Shown one piece after another: positions 19,749 through 28,357 of a stretch of DNA of 64,000 bases. The notes beneath the pieces are model-generated. The model saw only the letters and a program-made list of their open reading frames with translations. It did not search any database and had not been told where the DNA came from. The DNA is from a virus. The position numbers were made by a program, and so were the translations under genes. The number at the start of each line of letters is the position of its first letter. Within the stretch, counting starts at the first letter, position 1. The DNA lies in the IMG/VR virus record IMGVR_UViG_3300039065_000016; one strand, given 5' to 3'.

Positions 19749-19782
19749 TTTAATTCCATGCGGTTGCTGGTTGTGTGCACTT

Positions 19783-19810
19783 ATTATAGGGGAAACATCA
19801 AACGTTCAAA
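19783..19810 (-). promoter_or_regulatory. sigma70-type promoter for the portal operon
   Basis: On the minus strand: TTTGAA/TTGAAC (19810-19804), N15-16, perfect TATAAT (19788-19783). Confidence 0.45.
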
Positions 19811-19872
19811 AGAGATTCAAACAGATACATCACATTAACAGTCGCAACTAATCAGTTATGAGAAAATAATTC

Positions 19873-19901
19873 TTTACGGGAACTTTTCGGCAGATTAGAC
19901 T
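19873..19901 (+). promoter_or_regulatory. early promoter
   Basis: TTTACG, N17, TAGACT. Divergent from the portal promoter. Confidence 0.5.
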
Positions 19902-19927
19902 CTAATTATCAACCAATGGAGATTAAC

Positions 19928-20329
19928 ATGAATCCTCTTCTTCCTATCGTACATATCGTGTTGAAGGACGGCGAAGTTCTGGGCGTGTTCGACTGCGACA
20001 AATCTGCGAAGTGGTACAGCAATGTGAAAGACGCAGTTGTGGATTCCTGGGTAGTGGAATCGCCGAACAGCTCGCGCTCGCGCCTTGTCAGAAAAGAGTG
20101 CTATGAAGTCGGAGATCACGTCATGTATCGCGATGAGCACGGCGAAGGGCACGGCCGCATATTGGCTGTCGAACCTCGCGGTGAATCGGCGCGTGACGAG
20201 AAAGAATTGTACCACCTGTATCAGATCAATAGCGACGATCCGTCCGTGGACATTTGGATGCTCGACGCAGACATCATCGGCATTTATCCCGACGAAAAGC
20301 GCTTTACTTCTGAAGAGCAGATGGAATAA
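19928..20329 (+). CDS. hypothetical early protein
   Basis: First rightward ORF after promoter 19873-19901. The ATG at 19928 has a GGAG ribosome-binding site (alternative ATG at 19916). Confidence 0.55.
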   Translation: MNPLLPIVHIVLKDGEVLGVFDCDKSAKWYSNVKDAVVDSWVVESPNSSRSRLVRKECYEVGDHVMYRDEHGEGHGRILAVEPRGESARDEKELYHLYQINSDDPSVDIWMLDADIIGIYPDEKRFTSEEQME

Positions 20330-20360
20330 AATCTGCTCATCTACCAAAGAGGGTGAAGAA

Positions 20361-20684
20361 ATGGCAAGCATCACAGTATGGATCGCCACTGCTTTCCTTT
20401 GTACTGGCGATGGCTGTGTCCAGATGCCGGATCATACCAGCAGACGGTTCGACAGCAAAGCTCAGTGCGAAGACGTCATGCTAAGAGCGATTGATAAGAT
20501 GTGGGAGCGACATCAACTGGTTGTTCGGGCCGTTTGCACGCCTTATTTCCTCAGCAGTACAGAAGTTCCCGGCTTTTACAGTCCGCCGCCCCAGCCGCCC
20601 ACTGGTCTGAACCATATGTGGGACAGTTGGATTCGCGGCGGCAGCATCCCGTCTTATGAGCCGGGAAGGGGTTGGAGCGAATGA
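20361..20684 (+). CDS. hypothetical protein with N-terminal hydrophobic segment
   Basis: Internal ATG with a GAGGGTG ribosome-binding site (MASITVWIATAFLCTG...). The longer track ORF (from 20085) overlaps the previous gene. Confidence 0.5.
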   Translation: MASITVWIATAFLCTGDGCVQMPDHTSRRFDSKAQCEDVMLRAIDKMWERHQLVVRAVCTPYFLSSTEVPGFYSPPPQPPTGLNHMWDSWIRGGSIPSYEPGRGWSE

Positions 20685-20884
20685 AGCCGCGCCGACCGGA
20701 AGTGCGGGTCAGTCTGGAAACTGCCCTGTGGATGTCGACATCCGCTGCGCTGCTCGCGGCGATAATCTCTAGCGCGGTTTTCCCGCCTTCGACGATTCAG
20801 TGTCCGGAAGAAAGACCGCCTGCGGCCGAGCGTTTCCACCATCCGGAAAACAGCAAATTCTTTCCTCACACACAAAAAGGATAG
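20681..20884 (+). CDS. small membrane protein
   Basis: ATGA overlap with the upstream stop. One hydrophobic helix (TALWMSTSAALLAAIISSAVF). Confidence 0.45.
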   Translation: MKPRRPEVRVSLETALWMSTSAALLAAIISSAVFPPSTIQCPEERPPAAERFHHPENSKFFPHTQKG

Positions 20885-20889
20885 TGAGT

Positions 20890-21201
20890 ATGAAATATGT
20901 AGTGATGAAGATGACGGTCCGGGGAATGTCTCGTGAAGTTCCCGTAATCTTCCCCGACTTAATCAGTCACGTCAACATGGCCGCGAGTGCGTTGGTGGCC
21001 CTCGACGCCGAATGCGAAGGCTTCAAGAAGGCTGGCGATAAAGTTGACATCACAGTGGTGTCGGCAGGCTTTCTGTCTTCCATGGATATTAATGGAAATT
21101 GCAACGGCCAGTCGGATTCGTTGAACGGTTTGAAGTCGAGAGAATCGGTGGATGACGAACTCATTCGCATGATCGACTACACTCATGGTTACGTCGGTTA
21201 A
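20890..21201 (+). CDS. hypothetical early protein
   Basis: ATG at 20890 preceded by AAAGGA. 103 aa. Confidence 0.5.
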   Translation: MKYVVMKMTVRGMSREVPVIFPDLISHVNMAASALVALDAECEGFKKAGDKVDITVVSAGFLSSMDINGNCNGQSDSLNGLKSRESVDDELIRMIDYTHGYVG

Positions 21202-21442
21202 GGCTCGCTGCCTTTCCTGCGACAGACGAGCCGTCCTGGACGAACGAAAACTGAAGTCGAAGCGCCCACCAGCATGTAGGTGGTGTGGAGGATCGACATG
21301 GCGAATCGTCAAAGAAGTTACTTGTTACGGTTCGTGCAGGCATTATCCCCATAGGGCAGGATCGGTCGGGTGCATACTCGACCGCTCAGGCTCAACAACA
21401 ATTGTCGAGCTTCCTGGAGCCTCAGACGATTTCCCTTTCTGA
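21185..21442 (+). CDS. zinc-ribbon-like small protein
   Basis: 85 aa with CLSC...CRWC cysteine pairs. 17-nt overlap with the upstream gene. Confidence 0.45.
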   Translation: MVTSVKARCLSCDRRAVLDERKLKSKRPPACRWCGGSTWRIVKEVTCYGSCRHYPHRAGSVGCILDRSGSTTIVELPGASDDFPF

Positions 21443-21449
21443 GGTGAAT

Positions 21450-21797
21450 ATGGCTACTAAGGCCGATTTGGAATTGGAAGTTCAGCAGCTTCGACGAGTA
21501 GTCAAGTCTCGCGAATTCGAAATTGAAAAGTTGCAGAGCCGACTGAGGCGCCATCATGACATGATTCGCCGGGTCCGACTCTATCTTTGGAGCCGTTTGC
21601 TGATTCATCGCCGGACCGCCGAAACTCTGGAAGTCGGCGACAGCATTGCCAAGACCATCGCGGCGAAGCGTCACAGGGTCGCTAACGACGTTCTTGGAAT
21701 CATCCAGCATCTGAATGACTACTGCGACAGCTATGCTGAGTATGACTACAACGACGGCGCTGAGCATGGGTTTAAGATCAGCAGCGACATTTATTGA
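21450..21797 (+). CDS. hypothetical coiled-coil protein
   Basis: ATG at 21450 after a GAGGTG ribosome-binding site. 115 aa. Confidence 0.5.
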   Translation: MATKADLELEVQQLRRVVKSREFEIEKLQSRLRRHHDMIRRVRLYLWSRLLIHRRTAETLEVGDSIAKTIAAKRHRVANDVLGIIQHLNDYCDSYAEYDYNDGAEHGFKISSDIY

Positions 21798-21807
21798 TCG
21801 TCAGCAA

Positions 21808-21820
21808 CCCGACGAACGGT
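21808..21820 (-). promoter_or_regulatory. ACCGTTCGTCGGG motif copy (inverted orientation)
   Basis: The plus strand reads CCCGACGAACGGT. Intergenic, 8 nt upstream of the promoter at 21826. Confidence 0.5.
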
Positions 21821-21825
21821 AGCGT

Positions 21826-21878
21826 GAAGTGCTACCGCGTTTCCATTTATGGAGTATAGTCAACCCATCGAAACGAAC
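21826..21878 (+). promoter_or_regulatory. early promoter plus conserved leader (degenerate -35)
   Basis: GAAGTGCTACCG..., TATAGT (21855-21860), then CAACCCATCGAAACGAAC. Confidence 0.45.
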
Positions 21879-21899
21879 TTTCCAAACAGGAGAATCGAT

Positions 21900-22832
21900 A
21901 TGAACGCAGCAGAGAATCTGTTCAACGGCTTCGAAGACCTGGGCGATGACTTCGCTACCGTAGAGGTCAACAACGAAGCGCCGAAGACCCTGGAAGAGGT
22001 GTCCATGGGTGCCCGCCCGAACTCCTGGAAGGAACCGAAGCTGTATCGCGAAAAGTGCCCCAAATGCGCAGGCACTGGCCTGTACCGTGGTCCTTCGTCT
22101 TATGGTCGCGCCTGCTTTGCCTGCGGCGGCGTTGGATATAAAGAGTACAAGAGCAGCCCGGAGCAACGCGCCAAGAGTCGTGCTAAGGCTGCAGAAAAGC
22201 GCATCGAGAAAGTCCAGAAGGCCGAGCAATATCGCGGCCTTAAAATTCAGGCTTTCGAAGCCGCTCACCCGGACATCATCGAGTGGTGGACCGACAACTC
22301 TTTCAGTTTTGCCCAGAGCCTTAAGGATTCTCTTTACAGATATGGCTCCTTGACCGAAAATCAGATCGCTGCTGCGAAACGAGCTATCGAAAACCTCGCC
22401 AAACATCGCGAGAAAGTGGCCGCGCAGGAGGCTGCTGCGCCGACTCTGGACATTTCCGGAATCGAGAAGGCGTTTGAGAAGGCGAAAGACTCTGGCATCA
22501 AGCGCCCGAAAATGCGTCTGGCTGGCGAAGGTGAGGAGCCTCTCATCGTTGTGGTCAAAGAGGCTAGCGCTAACAGCCGGAACGCCGGGAGTCTGTATGT
22601 CCTGGGCGACATCTACCTCGGCCGGATCACTAACGGCAAATTCATCAAGAGCCGCGACTGCACCGACACAGAGTATGGCGATATCCTGAAGATGTTCGAA
22701 AAGCCAATGGAATCGGCAGTCGCCTACGGTCGGAAGACTGGTCAATGCTCCTGCTGCGGTCGCGAGTTGACCAATCACGCATCCATCGAAATGGGCATCG
22801 GCCCCATCTGCGCCGGAAAGTTCTTCGGATGA
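21900..22832 (+). CDS. protein with DnaJ-type CxxCxGxG zinc finger and C-terminal CxxCGR...GIGPxC motif
   Basis: CPKCAGTGLY...CFACGGVGY and CSCCGRELTNHASIEMGIGPICAGKF. The start at 21900 lies downstream of the predicted transcription start of promoter 21826-21860 and has an AGGAGA ribosome-binding site. Confidence 0.55.
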   Translation: MNAAENLFNGFEDLGDDFATVEVNNEAPKTLEEVSMGARPNSWKEPKLYREKCPKCAGTGLYRGPSSYGRACFACGGVGYKEYKSSPEQRAKSRAKAAEKRIEKVQKAEQYRGLKIQAFEAAHPDIIEWWTDNSFSFAQSLKDSLYRYGSLTENQIAAAKRAIENLAKHREKVAAQEAAAPTLDISGIEKAFEKAKDSGIKRPKMRLAGEGEEPLIVVVKEASANSRNAGSLYVLGDIYLGRITNGKFIKSRDCTDTEYGDILKMFEKPMESAVAYGRKTGQCSCCGRELTNHASIEMGIGPICAGKFFG

Positions 22833-22933
22833 TCCACCTTACAATCAAAGCCATGGCCTGGTTCGCCCTCCTATGGGCGACCGGCTTGGCCATCGTAACC
22901 TTTACCATCCACTTCTGCTACTGAGGATTATCC

Positions 22934-23521
22934 ATGGACACCGTCCCTGATCCGATGAAGGACAGAATCACGCTGCACGGCCTGGGCTTCATCCAGGTCC
23001 AGCTCCCGGCCGGGCGCCTCCATGTGTGGCATCCGGAGCTGCCGCGCCGGCTTTGTTTCCATCACTCTTCCATCCACGATCATCGATTCGATTTCGAGTC
23101 CTTGGTTCTGGTTGGGTCTCTGGAGAATACAAATTATTACGTGGACCGTTCGGCGCGTCTCGGTGAATTGACTCATGAAGGGTATGAGCATTCTTCGGCT
23201 CGCCAGGCCTGCGGCGGTCGCGGTTGGGAGCCTGTAGGCTCTGTATGTCTGCGCCAGAGGCAAGAATTCATCATTGGTGCTGGACAGCAATATTCGATGT
23301 CGGCTTATGTTCCTCACAGGACGAATCCGCTCGGTGACGGTCGCGTGGCCGCTCTCATGCGAAAAGGCGCCGTTCACAAATGGCCGGCCACTTCCTATGT
23401 AACCCTGGGAGTCGATCCTGAAACCGACTTCGACCGTTATCAGTGGTCGGTTCCGACGCTCTGGGAGGTCGTCATTGATGTCCTCGGCGGCGCCGAATTC
23501 CAAATCCCATCCATCCCTTGA
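22934..23521 (+). CDS. hypothetical His-rich (cupin-like?) protein
   Basis: 195 aa, GAGGA ribosome-binding site. LHVWHPE...HHSSIHDHRFDFES suggests a metal-binding beta-barrel, but this is weak. Confidence 0.45.
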   Translation: MDTVPDPMKDRITLHGLGFIQVQLPAGRLHVWHPELPRRLCFHHSSIHDHRFDFESLVLVGSLENTNYYVDRSARLGELTHEGYEHSSARQACGGRGWEPVGSVCLRQRQEFIIGAGQQYSMSAYVPHRTNPLGDGRVAALMRKGAVHKWPATSYVTLGVDPETDFDRYQWSVPTLWEVVIDVLGGAEFQIPSIP

Positions 23522-23538
23522 CCGAAGGAACCAAAAAA

Positions 23539-23976
23539 ATGAAGAAATTCTGTATCGACATCACCAATGGTCTGGCCGGCTTCATCATCTGGGGCGGCGC
23601 CATCATCCTGGCGGCTTCCGTCTTCCTCATCGGTCCGCTGGCCATCCTTCTGACCGGAGCCTGGGTCGTCTGCACGGCCGTAGTGTTCGCACTCTGGTTC
23701 GCCGTCGCCGGCATCTACGAAGAGTCGCAAAAGCAGACCGAGTATTTGAAATCCATAGCGTCTATCCAGGCACGCGAGCGCGGCGCCGGCTTTGGTCCAG
23801 AAGACGCCGGGCCCAGCGCCAGCGCCCCGGCGAATCCGGTAGAGCACAAACTCAGTCATCCCAAGCTGAAGCCTGGCGCGCAATTGGTCTCTGCAGTCGT
23901 GTTCTTCGCAGTTCTCATCGTTGTCCTGGCCGCAGGCGATTGGATCTGGAGCTATTTCCAGGCTCTTCCGAAATAG
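23539..23976 (+). CDS. multi-pass membrane protein
   Basis: ATG at 23539 after a GAAGGA ribosome-binding site. Three to four hydrophobic helices. Confidence 0.55.
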   Translation: MKKFCIDITNGLAGFIIWGGAIILAASVFLIGPLAILLTGAWVVCTAVVFALWFAVAGIYEESQKQTEYLKSIASIQARERGAGFGPEDAGPSASAPANPVEHKLSHPKLKPGAQLVSAVVFFAVLIVVLAAGDWIWSYFQALPK

Positions 23977-23989
23977 TGGAAGAAAATGC

Positions 23990-24040
23990 TTTACTTCCAT
24001 TCTGGATGAAGGCAGAATAGCTCCATCGAAACGCGAAACC
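23990..24040 (+). promoter_or_regulatory. early promoter plus conserved leader
   Basis: TGCTTTACT (-35 at 23990-23995), N17-18, CAGAAT/AGAATA, then the exact CATCGAAACGCGAAAC (24024-24039). Confidence 0.5.
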
Positions 24041-24061
24041 TTCAGACAAAAGGAACCGACC

Positions 24062-24841
24062 ATGACCGACCAGAACGAATTCACTCCTGAAGCCATCGAG
24101 AAGGCGAAAGATCGCATTCGCAAGCTGACTGCGATGGCGGCCGACTCTTCCAGTCCGCACGAAGCTGCCATCGCGGCAGAACGCGTGAAGAAGCTGAAGG
24201 ATAAATATGACCTTCACGACTTCGAAGTGACCGGCGAGATTCGCGAAGAATTCGACGAGCAAATTGCTACTCGCTACTATTCCGCAATCCCGAACTGGAT
24301 GAAGTTCTTCTCTGTGGCAGTGGCGACGTACAATGATTGCATCATGGATTTCGTCGGTGGCATCAACAATCACCGAGCATCGGCGAAGGCGTCCAGGAGC
24401 GCTCGCGACGGCAGCACCACCAAGCGCTGGGGCCATGCCGTCCGCTTTAAAGGCTACAAATCTGACGTTGAGCTAGCGGTGAACATGTTCAACTCCCTGG
24501 TCGAGGCAGTAGACCGTCTGTGCCGGGAATATCAGAAGGCTCAAGGTTTCGAGCGGTTCAACGTCAAGGTCGCCGCGCAATTTAAGCTCGCCGCGACCCA
24601 GGAAATCAGCTATCGCCTCAGATCCATCACCCGGAAACGTATGGAGCTGGTTTCTTCGGCCGGAACGTCTCTGGTGGTGGTTAAGGAAGCTGCGGTCCAC
24701 GAACATTTCGGCGATCCGGGTTACAAGAAGTCTAATGTTACCAAACTCATGCGTCTGGAAGACAGTGACGGTCGGCGCGCCTACGCTGCCGGAACCAATG
24801 CCGGACGCAATATGGAAATCGTTCGGTCGGTGGAGGATTAA
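24062..24841 (+). CDS. DUF2786-like protein
   Basis: Preceded by promoter/leader 23990-24040. The N-terminal IRKLTAMAADSSSPHEAAIAAERVKKLKDKY fits my recollection of DUF2786. Confidence 0.55.
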   Translation: MTDQNEFTPEAIEKAKDRIRKLTAMAADSSSPHEAAIAAERVKKLKDKYDLHDFEVTGEIREEFDEQIATRYYSAIPNWMKFFSVAVATYNDCIMDFVGGINNHRASAKASRSARDGSTTKRWGHAVRFKGYKSDVELAVNMFNSLVEAVDRLCREYQKAQGFERFNVKVAAQFKLAATQEISYRLRSITRKRMELVSSAGTSLVVVKEAAVHEHFGDPGYKKSNVTKLMRLEDSDGRRAYAAGTNAGRNMEIVRSVED

Positions 24842-24843
24842 CC

Positions 24844-25278
24844 ATGAGTCTTCCTAGCGACAAAGTGATGCTGCGAATCGTCCAGTCCATCCTCGCGATC
24901 CTCATCGGGATCGCTTGGGCCTGCTCCGACTATGGAGTCGTGGCCGCCGAACTTCCTCCATCGCTGCAGGCCCATCCCGCGAGGCCAGGGCACAGCGAAG
25001 TCTCGGCCCGCGACCCTAGGTTGGTCGAGGCCGAAAAAGCGCGGGAAGAGGCCTTAGAATATGTCCTGTCGCTGCGCCCGGAAGTTATCGAGGCGAAAAC
25101 CCGCTTCGCGGCCGAGGCGGCGCAGCAAGGGCTGTCAACCAAGGAGTACGCTGAGCTGCAGAATCAAGCGAGCATGCTCTCAGGAACGCTATTGGCATTT
25201 GCAGTATTTATGTTGGCTGGAACGCTATTGGCGTTTGCAGTCTTCTTGTTCATCTTCATCAAGACGACCAGGCTTTGA
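24844..25278 (+). CDS. membrane-anchored protein with duplicated C-terminal TM segment
   Basis: 144 aa with an N-terminal and a C-terminal hydrophobic segment. The latter contains the tandem GTLLAFAVF repeat. Confidence 0.55.
   Translation: MSLPSDKVMLRIVQSILAILIGIAWACSDYGVVAAELPPSLQAHPARPGHSEVSARDPRLVEAEKAREEALEYVLSLRPEVIEAKTRFAAEAAQQGLSTKEYAELQNQASMLSGTLLAFAVFMLAGTLLAFAVFLFIFIKTTRL
25183..25254 (+). repeat. 36-bp tandem duplication inside a TM-coding segment
   Basis: GGAACGCTATTGGCATTTGCAGT... at 25183 and GGAACGCTATTGGCGTTTGCAGT... at 25219. Confidence 0.8.
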
Positions 25279-25323
25279 ATAGGCCTGGGTAGACCACAAA
25301 CCCCCAGCCAAAAGAGAATTACC

Positions 25324-25674
25324 ATGAAGAAAGAACCGATTCACCTCAGCTCTATGGCCTCGGCCCGCGCCATCGATGCGGAATTCGCATTCCGGATGGA
25401 CGAGTTCATGGCGCGTGTAGCGAAAGAGCACGAAGCGCTCGCCGCTCGTCTGAATGCCGAGAATGAAGCGCTCTGGGGCGAAATCCGCGCTGTCGCCGGC
25501 CTGAGTGCCACCGACTTCCCGAACATCGCCATGGCGCACGACACTTCCGATGGGAAGCTCTATGTCATGGACGCCGACGAGTTGGAGCGCGTCCGCCAGG
25601 CCTGCCCGTGCCCGGACTGCGCATCCGCTCGCGCAGAAAGAATGCCGTCGCAAGCCAGTGGAGGGATTCACTAA
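25324..25674 (+). CDS. hypothetical early protein
   Basis: 116-aa ORF, co-oriented, followed by a TAATG-coupled gene. Confidence 0.5.
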   Translation: MKKEPIHLSSMASARAIDAEFAFRMDEFMARVAKEHEALAARLNAENEALWGEIRAVAGLSATDFPNIAMAHDTSDGKLYVMDADELERVRQACPCPDCASARAERMPSQASGGIH

Positions 25675-25892
25675 TGACTCTGAAGCTATCTTCCGTTCAC
25701 GTTCGAATCGACGGACCTGACGGAAAGGTTCTGTCGGAAGGCCGCGCAGAGTTCTCCGGAACTGCATTTTGGATCGCTGCGCAACGCGAAATGCAGCTCA
25801 GGCACCTCGTCGGAACTTCATTCGAAGGTGCCCTGACCTATTTGGCCGATAACGGCTATAACGTAACATTCAGCAAAGGTGAAAAGCGATGA
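25674..25892 (+). CDS. hypothetical early protein
   Basis: TAATG stop/start overlap. 72 aa (MTLKLSSVHV...). Confidence 0.45.
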   Translation: MTLKLSSVHVRIDGPDGKVLSEGRAEFSGTAFWIAAQREMQLRHLVGTSFEGALTYLADNGYNVTFSKGEKR

Positions 25893-26272
25893 TCGAAAGA
25901 CACATTGTGGATGCGGAAGTCGTCGAGCGGATTCGTTCTCTTCGCATGCGACTCAACGTCCTGGACGAAACCCTGCAACGGGCCGTCGACATGGCGATGC
26001 TCAGTCACCAGAAATCTCTGCAAGACCTTCGAACCTATGAAGCTCAGCTATGGGATGCGCTCAACGCCCGTTACGGCCTGTCCGTCGAGAAGACTTATGA
26101 CCTGCGTTTCGAGGGCGAAGAAGCCGTGCTGGTCGAGGTGCCGCCCGGCGACGGACAAGGCGATGACTTCATCGTCGAGTCGGAAACCGAAGCGCTCGCA
26201 GCAGGCCAGAAAGCTCTGGAAGTCGGCGAGGCCGTTGCGTCGACACTCAGCGCCAGGAACCGCACCGAGTAA
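25889..26272 (+). CDS. hypothetical acidic early protein
   Basis: 127 aa with a 4-nt overlap upstream. Followed by terminator 26278-26304. Confidence 0.5.
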   Translation: MIERHIVDAEVVERIRSLRMRLNVLDETLQRAVDMAMLSHQKSLQDLRTYEAQLWDALNARYGLSVEKTYDLRFEGEEAVLVEVPPGDGQGDDFIVESETEALAAGQKALEVGEAVASTLSARNRTE

Positions 26273-26277
26273 GACCA

Positions 26278-26304
26278 GAAGCCCGGATCGCTCCGGGCTT
26301 TTCT
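26278..26304. terminator. bidirectional intrinsic terminator (early block 1 / terL)
   Basis: AGCCCGGA, TCGC loop, TCCGGGCT, TTTTCT. Lies between convergent stops at 26272 and 26309. Confidence 0.7.
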
Positions 26305-26308
26305 GTGT

Positions 26309-27754
26309 TTAGAAGTCGAAGAAACCTTTGGGCTTCCTGATCGGCAGAATGGCCGACATGATCACCGAATCAGCGATGTTCGGCGACTTGATCTTACGCT
26401 TCTCGCGCATATCCTTCTTGGACTCGACTTTGAATCGGCCGTTCATATCCAAGTCTTTGCGCGGCGAGGAAAGCTCGATACATAGCTGATTTAGTTTGTC
26501 CGGGTGAATTGTTTCAGAGTTGATCGAAATCAATTCGTCGAATGGATAAACCTTTCCATGGACAACCGCCTCGTAAGTCTTCCGGAATCTTGTCGCGACT
26601 TCTTCCCACTTTTGCGCCTTGATGTTGCTAAAGTGATCTTTGTTCTTGATCGTAGTGTGCGGCAGCTTCATGTAAATATCATCAGGCTTATCTACAGCGC
26701 CGCCCGCGTTGAATGGATCATAGGTCAGTTTGAAGTCTGGGCTGGAGTCATTCAATTCGGCGAACTTAGACCCGACGTGAGCGCCGACGCCGATGGAGTC
26801 ATAAGTGACCGAGGCGCCTTTCATCTTTGCCAGATTGTAAACGCGACTGGACGACTTGAGCAACTCATCTTCCAGACCATCCCATTCGTCCACTTCCATG
26901 ATGACGTTGCCGTGCATGAGAGTCGTGGCGTTCGCATCCTCGCCGTCATCCGCAACGTCGAAGCCGATGCGCTTCGACCCGGCCGGCTCCCAGCCGAGTT
27001 TTTTGTGGGCATCAATGGCAGCAAGGATGAACTTGAGGTTGATGACGGATTTGTCGCCGCCCGTCTTCGGAATCCCTCCATATATGTGCTCGGCCTGGTC
27101 CTTGTCGCGCTCATAAGCTTCGTGGATGACCTTGAGCATCGTCTCACTGAGAAACGGATTTTCGTTCCAGTTGATCATCTTGACGAAGGCGTCTTTGGGT
27201 GGCTTCACCACGAAGTTCTGATACACGAAGTCTGTTACTTCGTTCGGGTTGAAGATGATCCAGATTTCTGAGTTCTCTTTCCGAATGGTCGGCTCAATGA
27301 CTTCCCACTGTTCCTGGGTAAGGTAGTGAGCTTCCTCAAGCCAGAGAATGTCAATGCCTTCGGTGGACTTGATTTCCGACAGGTTACGGGCGATCCCATA
27401 GAATAAGAATTCTGATCCTGTCCTCTTGTGCTTGATCGAGTTCTTCGTGAAAATGAACTCGCCGTTGTACTCAGAATTCTCAATCTTGTCCTTGATCAAC
27501 GTGTAGACCGATTCGCTGATGCGGTTCTGAAACTGGCGAGCACAGAGGAACTTGAGTCTATAGTTGGCCGCGAGGTAAACGGCGATACCGCCTGCGTCGT
27601 GTGACTTCGAAGACGCCCGGCCGCCATAAATGACTTTGTAACGGGCGCGAGTTCGCCAGACCGCTCGCAGTGCAGGGTTGAGTTTGTACATTCTAATCAA
27701 TCCGGTGTCAGCAATAGGTCGAGTATATCGACGCCGCAACAGACGGTCGAGCAC
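26309..27754 (-). CDS. terL: terminase large subunit
   Basis: 481 aa. Walker A-like YGGRASSKSH, Walker B-like ILWLEEA and nuclease-type acidic motif FDVADDGED. GTG start at 27754, or ATG at 27691. Confidence 0.8.
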   Translation of the reverse strand: MLDRLLRRRYTRPIADTGLIRMYKLNPALRAVWRTRARYKVIYGGRASSKSHDAGGIAVYLAANYRLKFLCARQFQNRISESVYTLIKDKIENSEYNGEFIFTKNSIKHKRTGSEFLFYGIARNLSEIKSTEGIDILWLEEAHYLTQEQWEVIEPTIRKENSEIWIIFNPNEVTDFVYQNFVVKPPKDAFVKMINWNENPFLSETMLKVIHEAYERDKDQAEHIYGGIPKTGGDKSVINLKFILAAIDAHKKLGWEPAGSKRIGFDVADDGEDANATTLMHGNVIMEVDEWDGLEDELLKSSSRVYNLAKMKGASVTYDSIGVGAHVGSKFAELNDSSPDFKLTYDPFNAGGAVDKPDDIYMKLPHTTIKNKDHFSNIKAQKWEEVATRFRKTYEAVVHGKVYPFDELISINSETIHPDKLNQLCIELSSPRKDLDMNGRFKVESKKDMREKRKIKSPNIADSVIMSAILPIRKPKGFFDF

Positions 27755-27767
27755 AACCGTTCGTCGG
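27753..27767 (+). promoter_or_regulatory. ACAACCGTTCGTCGG motif copy
   Basis: Exact 15-mer, 26 nt upstream of the -35 at 27794. Also abuts the terL GTG. Confidence 0.5.
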
Positions 27768-27793
27768 TGAACATAATTTTATTGTTAATACAC

Positions 27794-27840
27794 TTTACTT
27801 CCATTCTGACCAACGGCATAATCTCTTCAGCGAAACGAAA
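27794..27840 (+). promoter_or_regulatory. early promoter plus leader
   Basis: TTTACT (27794-27799), N17, CATAAT (27817-27822), then CTCTTCAGCGAAACGAAAG. Confidence 0.6.
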
Positions 27841-27890
27841 GACTGTTTGTCCGTAATGATGCTAGCTATAACAATCCAAAGGAGATTCCC

Positions 27891-28079
27891 ATGATTGAAC
27901 GTCTGCGCCGATTAGAAGCCGAGTATGAACGCATCGAAAGGGAGTGGGGCGGCCTGGCCCGGTATGAGCTGGAAATGCTAAGAATCGAAATCGACTCCGA
28001 AAAGAGACAATCCGAAGTCAACGGATACCTGTCAGTCTTCGGATGCGGACACGCCTTCCATGGGAGGAAATATTCCTGA
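27891..28079 (+). CDS. hypothetical small early protein
   Basis: 62 aa, AAGGAG ribosome-binding site, downstream of promoter 27794-27822. Confidence 0.55.
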   Translation: MIERLRRLEAEYERIEREWGGLARYELEMLRIEIDSEKRQSEVNGYLSVFGCGHAFHGRKYS

Positions 28080-28124
28080 CGAACAGACCGCTCGTCCACT
28101 TTGAGAAATATTTCACAATTCTGC

Positions 28125-28190
28125 TTTACTTCCATTCTGAATAGCGTCATAATCTCTTCATCGAAACGCGAAACACTCCAAAACAGAGGA
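28125..28190 (+). promoter_or_regulatory. early promoter plus conserved leader and ribosome-binding context
   Basis: TGCTTTACT (-35 at 28125-28130), N17, CATAAT (28148-28153), CATCGAAACGCGAAAC (28159-28174) and CCAAAACAGAGGA (28178-28190). Confidence 0.65.
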
Positions 28191-28198
28191 ACGCAGAA

Positions 28199-28345
28199 AT
28201 GACCAAATCCCAGATCAACGATCAAATCCGCTCCGCCAAGATCGCCATCAGCGAGGCAGAAATGGAAGGCCTGCGCGGCCAGGCTATGATCGCCCTGAAA
28301 GCTAAGCTGACCACCCTCAAAGCTCAGTACAAACTCGCCAAATAA
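28199..28345 (+). CDS. 48-aa helical protein (below the ORF-track cutoff)
   Basis: I read it as MTKSQINDQIRSAKIAISEAEMEGLRGQAMIALKAKLTTLKAQYKLAK. Directly preceded by the best promoter/leader copy (28125-28190) and an AGAGGA ribosome-binding site. Confidence 0.55.
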   Translation: MTKSQINDQIRSAKIAISEAEMEGLRGQAMIALKAKLTTLKAQYKLAK

Positions 28346-28357
28346 GGGGCCAGAAAA

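Noticed and set aside
21801-22778. 325-aa minus-strand ORF opposite the zinc-finger protein gene
   Set aside because: It is antisense and overlaps a plus-strand promoter/leader. It has no ribosome-binding site.
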